Assembly (NCBI GenBank): GCA_016703025.1
Contig: JADJCV010000004.1
Location: 1,775,412 to 1,839,411 of the forward strand
DNA from: Candidatus Avedoeria danica
Lineage (GTDB): Bacteria > Chloroflexota > Anaerolineae > Epilineales > Epilineaceae
Length of the DNA: 64,000 nucleotides
Reading direction: 5' to 3'
Made by a program: the position numbers and the translations under genes. How positions within the stretch are numbered: position 1 is the first letter of the stretch; every line of letters begins with the position of its first letter. The notes under the pieces were generated by a model, which was not told the DNA's origin, did no database searches, and saw only the letters and a program-made list of their open reading frames with translations. Of the stretch, positions 28,604 through 38,172 are shown piece after piece.

Positions 28604-31600
28604 GGCATGAGCCATCGACACGCGGCGGTGTTGCTGACAGCGGGAGCCGCCCTGCTGGTTGTCCTGACCGGCTCGACCACGACGCGCGGGGCGGCGCCAA
28701 GCACCGCCGACCACCCGACTTCCCTTCCGGCCCCGTGGTCGGCCGACGGCGGCGGCTTGCCGGGGGTGCTCGGTCCAGGCGACGCCGCGTCGGCACCCGC
28801 CGGCCTCGGCCTCGTGCCGCGATCGCGCGGCGCCGGTTCGCCGGGCGTGGCGGCCGGTGGGCGGGCCGCCGAGCCGCTGCAATCGGACCAGGTCGACGAC
28901 CCGGGCTACATTCCGAACCGCCTCGTCGTCGGTTTTCGTCCGGAGGCGACCGACGAGTACAAGCGCAAGCTACACGAAAAGTACGGCGGTCAGGTCATCG
29001 ACCAGATCAACAACCTGAACATCCAGGTCCTGCGGGTCACGGACACGGACCTGCTCACCCAGGTGCGGGCCTATCAGTCCGAAGTGCAGGTGGCCTTTGC
29101 CGAGCCGGACTACTTGGCCCACATCCTCGGCAGCCCCGACGCGGTGGCGCCCCGTGCGGACACCGCCGCCGGGCAGGCCGGCGGACGGAACCCACTGGCC
29201 CGACTCGGCCTCCAGATCACACCGAACGACCCGATGGTCGGCTCGCAGTGGCACCACACCAAGATCGAGTCGGCGGCCGCGTGGGACCGCCAGCGCGGCG
29301 CTGGGATCACGATCGCCATCGTCGACACGGGCACGAACTGCAGCCATCCGGATCTGGCCGGCAAGTGCGTCGCGGGCTATGATTATGTCAACCGAGACAA
29401 CAACCCGGCCGATGACCAGGGCCACGGCACCCATGTCGCCGGCATCGCGGCGATGCAGACGAACAACGGGGTCGGCGGCGCCGGCGTCGGTTGGGACAGC
29501 CGGATCATGCCGGTCAAGGTGCTTGACCGAACGGGCAACGGCGGTCATTCCGCGATCGCCAGCGGGATCACGTTCGCGGCCGACAACGGCGCGCAGGTGA
29601 TCAATATGAGCCTGGGCGGCGCGTTCACATCCTCGGCGCTCCGGAATGCGGTCGACTATGCGATCCAGCGCGGCGTCGTCGTCTTGGCGGCGGCCGGCAA
29701 CGAGAATACGTCGAACCCGAGCTATCCGGCGGCTTACAACGGCGTGATCGGGATCTCGGCCACCTCGCAGTCGGATCAGCGGGCCAGCTTCTCGAACTAC
29801 GGCAACGCGATCGACGTCGCCGCGCCCGGCGTCGCGATCCTCTCGACGGTCATGACGGGCGGCTACCAGCCATGGAGCGGCACGAGCATGGCCTGTCCCG
29901 TCGCGGCCGGGCTCGCAGCGCTCCTCGTGGCCCAGAACCCGAGCCGTACGCCGGCCCAGGTCGAACAGATCCTCGAGCAATCGGCCGACGACCTCGGGGA
30001 TGCCGGCTGGGATCCGTATTTCGGCTGGGGCCGGATCAACGCCCGCAAGGCCCTGAACCTTGCGCCCGGCACCACGACGCCCGGCACGCCCGAGGGCGGC
30101 GGCACGAGCACCGCCCCGCCGCCGATCCAGGCCACGGCAACGCCCTCCGGCAACTTCGTTCTCCAGGTCGAAGAGCTGATCAACCTGAAGCGCGCCAGCG
30201 CCGGCCTCAACCCGCTGGCCTCGAGCCAACAGCTGCGCAACGCCTCGACCCGCCACTCGAACGACATGGCGTCCGGCAACTTCTGCGGCCACGACGGCAC
30301 GGATGGCAGCACCGCCCAGTCGCGGATGTTGGACGCGGGCTACGGCCAGCCGTACGGTGAGATCGTGGCCTGCGGCCTCGTGTCGCCGGCGGCGGCCGTC
30401 GAAGCATGGTGGAACAGCCCCGCGCACAAGGCGATCATGTTGTGCACGACGTGCACCGAACTCGGCGCCGGGTACCGCAACATCGGCACGTACGGCCATT
30501 TCTGGACGGTCGACTTCGGCCGCCGGTCCGTGTCGGGCGCCACGCCGACGCTGGCGAGCACGGTGCCGCCGCCGGTGACCGGCACCGCTGCGCCGTCCGC
30601 AACGCCGCCGCTGCCCACGCCGACGCTCCACGCGCCGCCGGGTGGCGTGAACGTCGAGATCGCGCCGCGCAACAACAAGGCCGGCTGGGTCGTGAGCAAC
30701 GTGCCCAACCAGAACTTCTTCACGGATGAGGAGGACACGTTCACCGGAACGTACGCCAACCGGACCTATCACGGCGCGGCCCAGTTCGAGCTCGGCGTGA
30801 TCCCGGCCGGCGCGACGATCAACAGCGCCCGGCTGGAGATGATCGGCCGGGACGCCTCGTTCCTCGGGGTCGGCGGCACATGGACGGTGAACCTGCTGCG
30901 GACGGACATCGACGGCGGCTTCGCCGGCCAGGGCTACACCGGGATTCACAATGCGGCCATCGACGTCACGCTGATGCCGCTCCTCGGGCGCGACCTCTTG
31001 GGCGAATCGCAGAAGAACGCGTTCAACATGGACGATGGCGCGCTGAACGTGCTCCGCGCGCGGCATCTCGGCTCGCGCGCCCTTTCGATCCGGATGGACG
31101 GGCCGCCCCCCGGCGGCAACGTCACGAACCTCTTCACGTGGGACACCGGCTACGGCCAGACGACGCGCTACGCCGGCGTGCGGCTGTTCGTGAACTACAG
31201 CACGGCCGGTAGCGGTCCCCCGCCGTCCGCCACGCCGTCGCCGACCGAGCCGCCGGCACCGAACACGGCCACGCCGACCGTCGGCGCATCCCCGACCCCG
31301 ACCACGACGCTTGTCCCGCCGACAGCGACGTTCACCGCACCGCCGCCGCCGCCGACCGTCACACCGTCGCCGACGCTCGTCCTGCCGCCGACGCGCGAGC
31401 CGGACGGCAACGAGATCGACATCCTGCCGGCATGCCTCGACGTCGGCTATGTCCGATCGTACGAGGCGTTCAACCACTTCTGCGACGACGACATGTTCAC
31501 CGGCTATTATCAGGGCCGGATCTACTTCGGCGGCGTTCAGTTCGACCTCTCGGCCGTGCCGGCCGGTCGGGCGGTGCGCAGCGCGCGGCTCCTGATGAAT

Positions 31601-32392
31601 GGCCTGTCGACCCGCTACCTGTCCGATGCGGGCAATGGCGTCTGGGAGGCGAACCTGCTCGAGGCCGCCGTCGACGGCGGCTGGCGCGGCGTGTCGTACG
31701 AGTCGCTGCGCAGCGCCAGGATCTCGTCCAAACTCCAGCCGCAACTGCACCAGTACGACCTTGGCGTCGGCATCCAGAACGTCTTCACATTCGACGCGAC
31801 GCAGCTGCGCGAGCTCGAGTTCCGCAAGGAAGCCACCGGCAAGGTCAGCTTCCGGATGGACGGCCCGCAGGTCGGCGTGAGCAACGTCATGGACTGGGAC
31901 ACCGGCTTCGGCGCCGGGCAGCGGAACCCGCCGATTCTGCGGGTCACGCTCGGCCCGCCCGGCAGCGGCGAGCCGGTGCCGACGAAGTCAACGGACGACT
32001 TGGCGAAGATCAACGAGATCGTGGCCGAGATCAACCGGGTGCGCGTGGCCAGCGGCCGCGGCACGGTGGCGGTGTCCAGCGAGCTGCAGTCCGCGGCCGG
32101 CACGCACAACACGGACATGATCCGCAACAGCTTCTTCAGCCACACCGGCAGCGACGGCTCGTCGCCCGCCCAGCGCGTCGCACGCACCGGCTTCCCCGCC
32201 ACGGCAGTCGGCGAGCTGCTGGCCGCCGCCAACGGCACGCCGGCGGTCGTCGTGCAGGCCTGGCTGGATCAGGGGCAGCGGGACACCGTCCTCGACCCGA
32301 CGTACACCCAGATCGGCGCCCACTACCAGTTTGTCCGCGCCGTCGGCTACCAGCATTACTGGACGGTGGTGCTCGCCGCACGGGCCCGTTGA
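28604..32392 (+). CDS. Subtilisin-like S8 peptidase fused to two CAP (SCP/PR-1) domains and two copies of a ~150-aa module (DNRLRE-like?)
   Basis: GGAGGA sits before the ATG at 28604, followed by a signal peptide. The Asp/His/Ser triad contexts are DTGT, HGTHVAG and GTSMA. CAP-like segments lie near aa 560-680 and at the C-terminus, joined by Pro/Thr linkers. The module motif is FDLSxIPxGAxIxSARLEMIG. Confidence 0.8.
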   Translation, partial: GMSHRHAAVLLTAGAALLVVLTGSTTTRGAAPSTADHPTSLPAPWSADGGGLPGVLGPGDAASAPAGLGLVPRSRGAGSPGVAAGGRAAEPLQSDQVDDPGYIPNRLVVGFRPEATDEYKRKLHEKYGGQVIDQINNLNIQVLRVTDTDLLTQVRAYQSEVQVAFAEPDYLAHILGSPDAVAPRADTAAGQAGGRNPLARLGLQITPNDPMVGSQWHHTKIESAAAWDRQRGAGITIAIVDTGTNCSHPDLAGKCVAGYDYVNRDNNPADDQGHGTHVAGIAAMQTNNGVGGAGVGWDSRIMPVKVLDRTGNGGHSAIASGITFAADNGAQVINMSLGGAFTSSALRNAVDYAIQRGVVVLAAAGNENTSNPSYPAAYNGVIGISATSQSDQRASFSNYGNAIDVAAPGVAILSTVMTGGYQPWSGTSMACPVAAGLAALLVAQNPSRTPAQVEQILEQSADDLGDAGWDPYFGWGRINARKALNLAPGTTTPGTPEGGGTSTAPPPIQATATPSGNFVLQVEELINLKRASAGLNPLASSQQLRNASTRHSNDMASGNFCGHDGTDGSTAQSRMLDAGYGQPYGEIVACGLVSPAAAVEAWWNSPAHKAIMLCTTCTELGAGYRNIGTYGHFWTVDFGRRSVSGATPTLASTVPPPVTGTAAPSATPPLPTPTLHAPPGGVNVEIAPRNNKAGWVVSNVPNQNFFTDEEDTFTGTYANRTYHGAAQFELGVIPAGATINSARLEMIGRDASFLGVGGTWTVNLLRTDIDGGFAGQGYTGIHNAAIDVTLMPLLGRDLLGESQKNAFNMDDGALNVLRARHLGSRALSIRMDGPPPGGNVTNLFTWDTGYGQTTRYAGVRLFVNYSTAGSGPPPSATPSPTEPPAPNTATPTVGASPTPTTTLVPPTATFTAPPPPPTVTPSPTLVLPPTREPDGNEIDILPACLDVGYVRSYEAFNHFCDDDMFTGYYQGRIYFGGVQFDLSAVPAGRAVRSARLLMNGLSTRYLSDAGNGVWEANLLEAAVDGGWRGVSYESLRSARISSKLQPQLHQYDLGVGIQNVFTFDATQLRELEFRKEATGKVSFRMDGPQVGVSNVMDWDTGFGAGQRNPPILRVTLGPPGSGEPVPTKSTDDLAKINEIVAEINRVRVASGRGTVAVSSELQSAAGTHNTDMIRNSFFSHTGSDGSSPAQRVARTGFPATAVGELLAAANGTPAVVVQAWLDQGQRDTVLDPTYTQIGAHYQFVRAVGYQHYWTVVLAARAR

Positions 32393-32460
32393 CGGTCTGA
32401 CGGACCGGACGGCGCAGGCGATCAGACCGATTCACCGCCGCTTCGATTTCTGACGACAAG

Positions 32461-32498
32461 ACGGCGCCCTGGATCCCGCAAGGGAACCAGGGCGCCGT
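32461..32498. terminator. Bidirectional rho-independent-type terminator (ACGGCGCCCTGG-N14-CCAGGGCGCCGT, followed by TGTT)
   Basis: 12-bp perfect stem between the convergent S8 gene and the secreted-protein gene. Confidence 0.5.
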
Positions 32499-32525
32499 TG
32501 TTCGCGTCGTGAGGACGAGCTGCCG

Positions 32526-34460
32526 TTACGGGATCGGGGTCTCGAAGGCGGACACCGCCGGCCGCGTGCGCGACGCGATCGGCTGCGAGCGCACGAAACC
32601 GCTCGTGCGCAGTGCGATCGGCAGGAAGATCGTGCCCGTGCTGACGATCGACACGCCCGCGACCGGGGGCTTGCCGACCTCGACGATGTTCGAGTTCGCC
32701 TTGGCCCCATCGGCCTCGACCTCGACGATGACGTCGCCGTCGCGACCGTCCGACACGATGTAGACACCGGCCAAGTTGGACTGGCTCGGCGGCACGATCG
32801 TCCGGCCGCGGTCGGTGATCAGGTCGATCGACGTGCCGGAATTGACGACCTCGGGCTCGTTCTGGCCGGGCACGCGACGCTCGTACGCCAGGTAGCCGAC
32901 GCTCGGCGGCAGAAGGCGGAGCTTGACGGGGGTCCCGTCGGCCACGTTGTTCCCGTTCAGATCCTTGATCTCGACGGTCACGCCGCCGCGTCGATCCCGG
33001 ATCCGGTGGATCGCCTTCGGGTTGACGATGATCCGCATGTTCACCGCCGGGCCGACGACGTTGAACTTCGTTGCCGCCTCGATGTCGCCGGCGTCGGCGC
33101 GCAGCGTGACTTGGCCGTGATCGGGCTGCGGCGCCGGGACGGCGCTGCCGGCCGTATACGTCACCTCGGCCACGCCCTCGACCGGCGTCACCTCGGCCGA
33201 GCTCAGCGTCCCGAACCCGGTCGGATCGAGCGAGAACTCCACCTTGGTCCCGGACACGGGCAGGCAGTTGCGGTCCGTGACGAACGCGCTGAAGCGCGCC
33301 TGATGGTTCACGCCTGGTGCGGTGACGCTCGTGGCGAATACGGCCGTGGCACCGTCGGGATACGTCAGGCGCAGCCCGCCGAGGTTGCCGCGGTCCGTCT
33401 GGTCGGGGCTCGGGAAGATGAGCGCCGGTGCGCCCGGATCGCCGACGGTCCAAAGCGCCGTGTCGGCCGGCGTCGTACGCTGCTGCCCGCCGACAACGTC
33501 GAACAGGTCCGTGTTGTACTGGACGCACGCCTGCAACCGGCTGCCCTGGTAGCTGGCGGTGGTGCGTGGGATCGCCCAACCCGTCGTGTCGCTCGGCACG
33601 GCCGCGAGGCCGGTGGCGACCTTGGTCTGCGCGGTGGCGATGAGGGCCGTCGCTTCGGCGACGATCATGCAACCGCGCGCCGGGTCCGGCTTGATCGGCG
33701 GCCCCTCGTTGGCCTGCTGCGGCTGGAGGAGGCCGGGCACCTGCTGCAGCTTGACCAGCGCCTGTTCCAGCGCGTTCCGGGCCGCCGACAGGTCGGGCAC
33801 GGCTGCGGCGCCGGCGCGGCCGGGCGCCATGTCCGGCAGGCCAAGCATCGCCTGCAACGTGCGGCTGAGCTCACTCGTCGTCAGCGCCGAGGCGTCGAGC
33901 GGATCGAGGATCGTCGGCAGCCAGCGCTGGTAGGGGTGCGGGGGCGAGGCCGTCGGCGTTGGCTGGCCGGGCTGCGGCGTCGGCAGCTGGATCGGCCACG
34001 TGTCCGGCGGCGGCGGGAAGTTCTGGCACTTGGTGCCGACCGAAGCGATCGACTCGGACAACGCCAGCTGGGTCACGCTGATCGCCGATCGATAGCTCGA
34101 CACGAAGTCGGCGGCCGAAACGGCGATGGAGCGCTTGCCGGCACCGGCGCTGAGCGCCGGCAGCGACTGCTTCTTGACCACGACCCCGGAGAGATCGCGC
34201 AGCTGGACCACGAACTGCTCACCGCCGGCGGCATTGTCGTAGGCCACGACGGCGAAGAGGCTGGTGGCGGCTGCACCGAAATTGCGTCGGGGGTCACCAT
34301 CACGCACGTCGCTCATGTAGAGCTGGGCGTTCACGCGATCGGTCTGGGCGAGGGGCGCGGCCGCGGCCGGGTGGGCCGGGCCGCCGACGACCATCAGGAC
34401 ACCGATGGCGACGCCGAGGGTCGAGAGCACGGTGACCAGGACGGCGGACAAACGTGGCAT
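32526..34460 (-). CDS. Secreted protein with Ig-like (Big-type) repeats
   Basis: AAGGAG sits 9 nt before the ATG at 34460, followed by the signal peptide MPRLSAVLVTVLSTLGVAIG. A Pro-rich linker and beta-rich repeats follow. Confidence 0.6.
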   Translation of the reverse strand: MPRLSAVLVTVLSTLGVAIGVLMVVGGPAHPAAAAPLAQTDRVNAQLYMSDVRDGDPRRNFGAAATSLFAVVAYDNAAGGEQFVVQLRDLSGVVVKKQSLPALSAGAGKRSIAVSAADFVSSYRSAISVTQLALSESIASVGTKCQNFPPPPDTWPIQLPTPQPGQPTPTASPPHPYQRWLPTILDPLDASALTTSELSRTLQAMLGLPDMAPGRAGAAAVPDLSAARNALEQALVKLQQVPGLLQPQQANEGPPIKPDPARGCMIVAEATALIATAQTKVATGLAAVPSDTTGWAIPRTTASYQGSRLQACVQYNTDLFDVVGGQQRTTPADTALWTVGDPGAPALIFPSPDQTDRGNLGGLRLTYPDGATAVFATSVTAPGVNHQARFSAFVTDRNCLPVSGTKVEFSLDPTGFGTLSSAEVTPVEGVAEVTYTAGSAVPAPQPDHGQVTLRADAGDIEAATKFNVVGPAVNMRIIVNPKAIHRIRDRRGGVTVEIKDLNGNNVADGTPVKLRLLPPSVGYLAYERRVPGQNEPEVVNSGTSIDLITDRGRTIVPPSQSNLAGVYIVSDGRDGDVIVEVEADGAKANSNIVEVGKPPVAGVSIVSTGTIFLPIALRTSGFVRSQPIASRTRPAVSAFETPIP

Positions 34461-34653
34461 GTGGGGCATCTCCTTGGGTACGGATGAAGGCAACCAGCGA
34501 GCCTGACTGCGGACGCAGAGGATCGCAGGCGCGGCGTCCGCGCGGGCATCACATGCCAGCAGCGGCGCCGGAACACACGGTGGTCTTGACGTCAAGACGC
34601 ACAGGACGCGGTCAAGGTCACGGGGCGCGTCCCGCGCGTCACGGAAGGGCGCA

Positions 34654-36015
34654 CTATAGCCGGCGGCGGAACCAAAGGGCGAGCCCCACCAACACCGCGA
34701 TGCCGGCTCCGAGGACGATGAGGTTCGGACCGCCCCCGCCCGCCGGTGTCGAACCGCTCGATGTTGCGTTGCCCGCCGGCACGGTGAACGTCGGCAGCGG
34801 CACGCTGCCGGATGCCTCGTTCCCGGCGGCCGACCCGCCCGCCAGCGGCTGCGCCCCGCCGGCATTCTGCGGATCGCTCGCACCAGGCGGCACGGCGGCG
34901 CCCGCGCCGTCCTGCGGCGTCGGGAGCCCGAGCGCGACGGACGTGGCCGCCTTGCTCTCGACGAGCGCCGCCATCTGGGCGGACTGCGTCGCCACGACGG
35001 GCTTGCCCACCTCGACAGCCGCCGTGCTGCGGCCTGCCTGCGTTGTGTCGGCGGACACGGCTGTCGTCGGGACGGGCGTGTTCTGTCGCGTGCCCGCGCC
35101 GGAACCACCGCCACCGCCGGTGAACGTGGCCGGCAGCCGGGGCGTCGCCGACGGCGCCGCCGTGACTTCGGCGGCGGCGTTGTTCGGGCTCTTGTTCGAC
35201 GCCTGGATGACGACGAGATCCGCGCTCCCGGCCGCCGTGGAGGCCATGCCGAGCTCGTCGACGGTCACCGAGACGGTGTAGGGCGCGCTCTCGGCGTACA
35301 ACGCCGCCATCGTGAACGACGTGAGCTTGCCGACCTCCTCATCGAGTTCGCCGGCCGCGGTGGCGAGCTCGATCGCCACGGGCGCGAGCTGCGCCAAACG
35401 GGCGCGCGTTGCCGTGACATCGGTCACGGCGATCCCAAGGATGTCGGACACCGCTTCCTGCACCTCAGGGTAGAGGCGGTCGATCGTCTGCTTGGCCCCG
35501 AGCGCCGCGCCGGTCAAGCCGGCGCGGTCCATCGGCACGAGCACGCGCCCGAGAGAGCGCAGATCGCGCTCGAGGCTCGTCCGCGCGTTCACGATCTCGC
35601 CGTCGACGCGGCGCGTGTCGGCGCCCATCTCGGCCAGTTCGAGGATGTCGTCGCAATAGAGTTCGACCAAGCCGGCCGCGCCGTGGACGAGATCGGTGGC
35701 CCTCAACTCCACCCGGGCCGTGCCGGCGCCGCTGTAGCGCTCGGCCTCGAGATCGAGCAGCGGCTCGCCGCTGTTGTCGAAGACATCGACCTTGATCCGC
35801 GTCTTGTTCGCATCCGTGTAGTCGAACAACGCCCAGGCGCTCGTCGCATCGGTCGGCACGTTGCCGGACTCGACGGCGTCACCGCCGGCCTCGGTCGTCG
35901 AGATCCGGACATTCGAGACCTTCGTGATCGCCTGCGCCGATTGCGCCCACAGCGGGGTGAGAAGCAGCGCCGCGGCAAGGCCGGCGCCTGCGAGCATGCG
36001 TCGCATTGGGTACAT
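34654..36015 (-). CDS. Secreted protein, paralog family member 1, with C-terminal GGPN-TM-RRRL tail
   Basis: Signal peptide ..TPLWAQSAQA. The N-terminal beta-domain is homologous to the two downstream-listed paralogs. The C-terminus reads ..GGGGPNLIVLGAGIAVLVGLALWFRRRL. Confidence 0.6.
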   Translation of the reverse strand: MYPMRRMLAGAGLAAALLLTPLWAQSAQAITKVSNVRISTTEAGGDAVESGNVPTDATSAWALFDYTDANKTRIKVDVFDNSGEPLLDLEAERYSGAGTARVELRATDLVHGAAGLVELYCDDILELAEMGADTRRVDGEIVNARTSLERDLRSLGRVLVPMDRAGLTGAALGAKQTIDRLYPEVQEAVSDILGIAVTDVTATRARLAQLAPVAIELATAAGELDEEVGKLTSFTMAALYAESAPYTVSVTVDELGMASTAAGSADLVVIQASNKSPNNAAAEVTAAPSATPRLPATFTGGGGGSGAGTRQNTPVPTTAVSADTTQAGRSTAAVEVGKPVVATQSAQMAALVESKAATSVALGLPTPQDGAGAAVPPGASDPQNAGGAQPLAGGSAAGNEASGSVPLPTFTVPAGNATSSGSTPAGGGGPNLIVLGAGIAVLVGLALWFRRRL

Positions 36016-36087
36016 CGTCCACACGTCCTTGTCTGTATTCGTTGCGGTTCGGTCGGCACGGCGTGCCGCGAGCCGCGGTCGGGGCGA

Positions 36088-36804
36088 TCAGCGCTGCTTG
36101 AGCGCCGACATACCAGCCCACACCACGATTGCCAACAACACGATGACGCCAAGGCCGCTCCCGAGGAGCAGGAGCTGGCTCGGCTCGCCCGCCCGCGGCG
36201 CGGCGGCATCGTTGCCGCCGGCGGGCGGATTGACCACGGGCGCCGCCGGATTGACGCCACCCGAGTTCGCGTCGACCGGCACGTTCTGGACGTTGCTCGC
36301 CGGGATCACCTCGGCATTGCCGACGAGGAGCGTCAGGCCGTCGGCCGGGCTCTCCCGTCCGTCGACCTCGACGTAGGCGTTCACGAGGTACTCGGCATCC
36401 GCGAGGGGTTCCTCGAAGGTGAACTCGACCGAGTTCGTGCCCGGCACCGAGAGCTCCGCCTCCTGCATGCCAGCGATGACCCCTTGCGGCGCGATGACCT
36501 TGATCACGGCGCGCCGGGCGGCCGTGCCGTCGTACTCGAACCACACCTTGAACTGCTTCGTGCCGGCGGGCGCCTTGAAGAGCTTCTCGCCGGCCGGTGC
36601 CGGCTGCTCCCAGACCGTCTGGCCGGTGTCGTCGCCGATGCGGATGTTGCCGACGGTGGCGCGCCCGGACTGCGCAAAGACGGGCACGACGAGCGTGCCG
36701 GCAGCGACGGCGGCGCACAACAGCGCGCCGATGCGGCCAAGCCACACACGCAGGAAGGCGCCTTGGTCCGCACGCAGGTCGGCACGATGGCGGTGGATGC
36801 TCAT
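36088..36804 (-). CDS. Secreted protein, paralog family member 2, with PEP-CTERM-like tail
   Basis: Signal peptide, then an N-terminal domain similar to member 1 (VGNIRIGDDTGQTV..FKVWFEYDG..). The C-terminus reads ..AGEPSQLLLLGSGLGVIVLLAIVVWAGMSALKQR. Confidence 0.6.
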   Translation of the reverse strand: MSIHRHRADLRADQGAFLRVWLGRIGALLCAAVAAGTLVVPVFAQSGRATVGNIRIGDDTGQTVWEQPAPAGEKLFKAPAGTKQFKVWFEYDGTAARRAVIKVIAPQGVIAGMQEAELSVPGTNSVEFTFEEPLADAEYLVNAYVEVDGRESPADGLTLLVGNAEVIPASNVQNVPVDANSGGVNPAAPVVNPPAGGNDAAAPRAGEPSQLLLLGSGLGVIVLLAIVVWAGMSALKQR

Positions 36805-37079
36805 GCGTTTCTCCTCGCGCCGGCGCTGGCGCGCGGCGCATGATCTGACGATGTCGAGATGGACGTCGCCGAGCGCCCAGTGTCGGGGCACGGCGTAAGC
36901 CTTGGCTGAAGCCCGGGTAAGCGCCGCCTGAGCGGACGGTGGCCCAGGCATGGCGCGCCGCAGCGGCCATCGTCCCTACGGTGCGACCGAGGGCAAGGGA
37001 TGGCGATCATATCACCCGGCGACTCTGACGCCAAAAGCCGGACACGGTGGCGCGCCCGCCCTGCCGCGCTGGCTTACGC

Positions 37080-37976
37080 TCAGCGCTGGCGGAGGATTGC
37101 GCCCTTGCTCACGACCGGCAGGTGGATGCGGGCCGGCCCCCACACCCAGAACTCCGCGGTGACGGCGATATCGCCCGCCACCTCCACCTGGACCACAAAG
37201 GTGTCCGTCGCGTGGTGCCCGGTCGCCGGGAGCGGCAGATCGCGCTGCTGAGCCGCCTGCGCGCTCAGGTCCGTCGACGCCAGCACGACCTCGCCGAGCA
37301 ACGTATCCACCTGCGCCGCCCGACGCTGCTTGCCGGCGACATCGTCCGGCGGCAGCTCGATCGCCCGCGCGAGGATGAGGATCGCGTCACGCAGCGACCC
37401 GTCGATTTCGGCGACCGCGGCGGCAGGCGCCGGCGGGAGATCGATGCCGCCCAGCAGCTCCGCCGTCCACACCAGCCGCAGGACGGCCGCCTCCGCCGAC
37501 CGGAGGTACTCCTGCACGCCGACGCTGCGCTCCGCGGCCTGCTTCGCGCTCTGCTTGGCATCGCGCGCATCGGCGCTCAAGCCGCCTGTGAGCACGCCGT
37601 ACACCGCCGTACCTTCGATGTCGATCGTCGCGGTGCCGTCGCCGCTGTAGCGCGCACCGTGGCTGAACGCCGTCACGCCGCCGCGGCCCTTCACGACGAC
37701 CCGGATCTCCTGGTCGGCCGCTTGCTCGTACGCAAAGCGGGCGTACACATGGCGCGTGCCTTCGTCGAAGAGGGCGGCCTCAGCCGTGGCGGTGGACGTC
37801 GGAACCGGCGGCGGGCCCGCGTCGGGCCGGGCGGCCACATAGAGGGACGTCACGCGCACGGCGGTGGTGTCCGCCTCGGCCGGCCGCCCGCCGGTGATCG
37901 CGGCGAGGGCGGCGATGCCGAGTGCGGCAGGGCACGCGCGGCGCAGCAGGCGGCCGGCAAGGGTCGGTCCGGTCAT
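37080..37976 (-). CDS. Secreted protein, paralog family member 3
   Basis: Signal peptide MTGPTLAGRLLRRACPAALGIAALAA. Shares the ..RYSGDGTATIDIEG.. region with member 1 (..RYSGAGTARVELRA..). Confidence 0.55.
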   Translation of the reverse strand: MTGPTLAGRLLRRACPAALGIAALAAITGGRPAEADTTAVRVTSLYVAARPDAGPPPVPTSTATAEAALFDEGTRHVYARFAYEQAADQEIRVVVKGRGGVTAFSHGARYSGDGTATIDIEGTAVYGVLTGGLSADARDAKQSAKQAAERSVGVQEYLRSAEAAVLRLVWTAELLGGIDLPPAPAAAVAEIDGSLRDAILILARAIELPPDDVAGKQRRAAQVDTLLGEVVLASTDLSAQAAQQRDLPLPATGHHATDTFVVQVEVAGDIAVTAEFWVWGPARIHLPVVSKGAILRQR

Positions 37977-38172
37977 CGGGATCCTCCGTCTGGGGTCGCG
38001 TGGCGGGCAGGTCGGACAAGACACACGCCGGGGCGGAGCGCGTCGAGCGTTCGAGAGTCCGGTGATGGTAGTGCGTGCGGCACGGCGCAAGCAAGGTCGG
38101 TGACGCCGCGGTTTCGATCACGGGCACGGCAGCCGCAGATCGCCGTTACGGGGTCGGCCTCACGGACAGCCT

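Noticed and set aside
36780-36902. Apparent 1-nt discrepancies at a few line boundaries between my indexing of the printed sequence and ORF-track coordinates. Examples lie near 36780-36781, 36900-36901 and 48800.
   Set aside because: This is most likely a counting or formatting artefact on my side rather than biology. ORF-track frames were treated as authoritative, and base-level positions of small motifs may be off by 1 nt.
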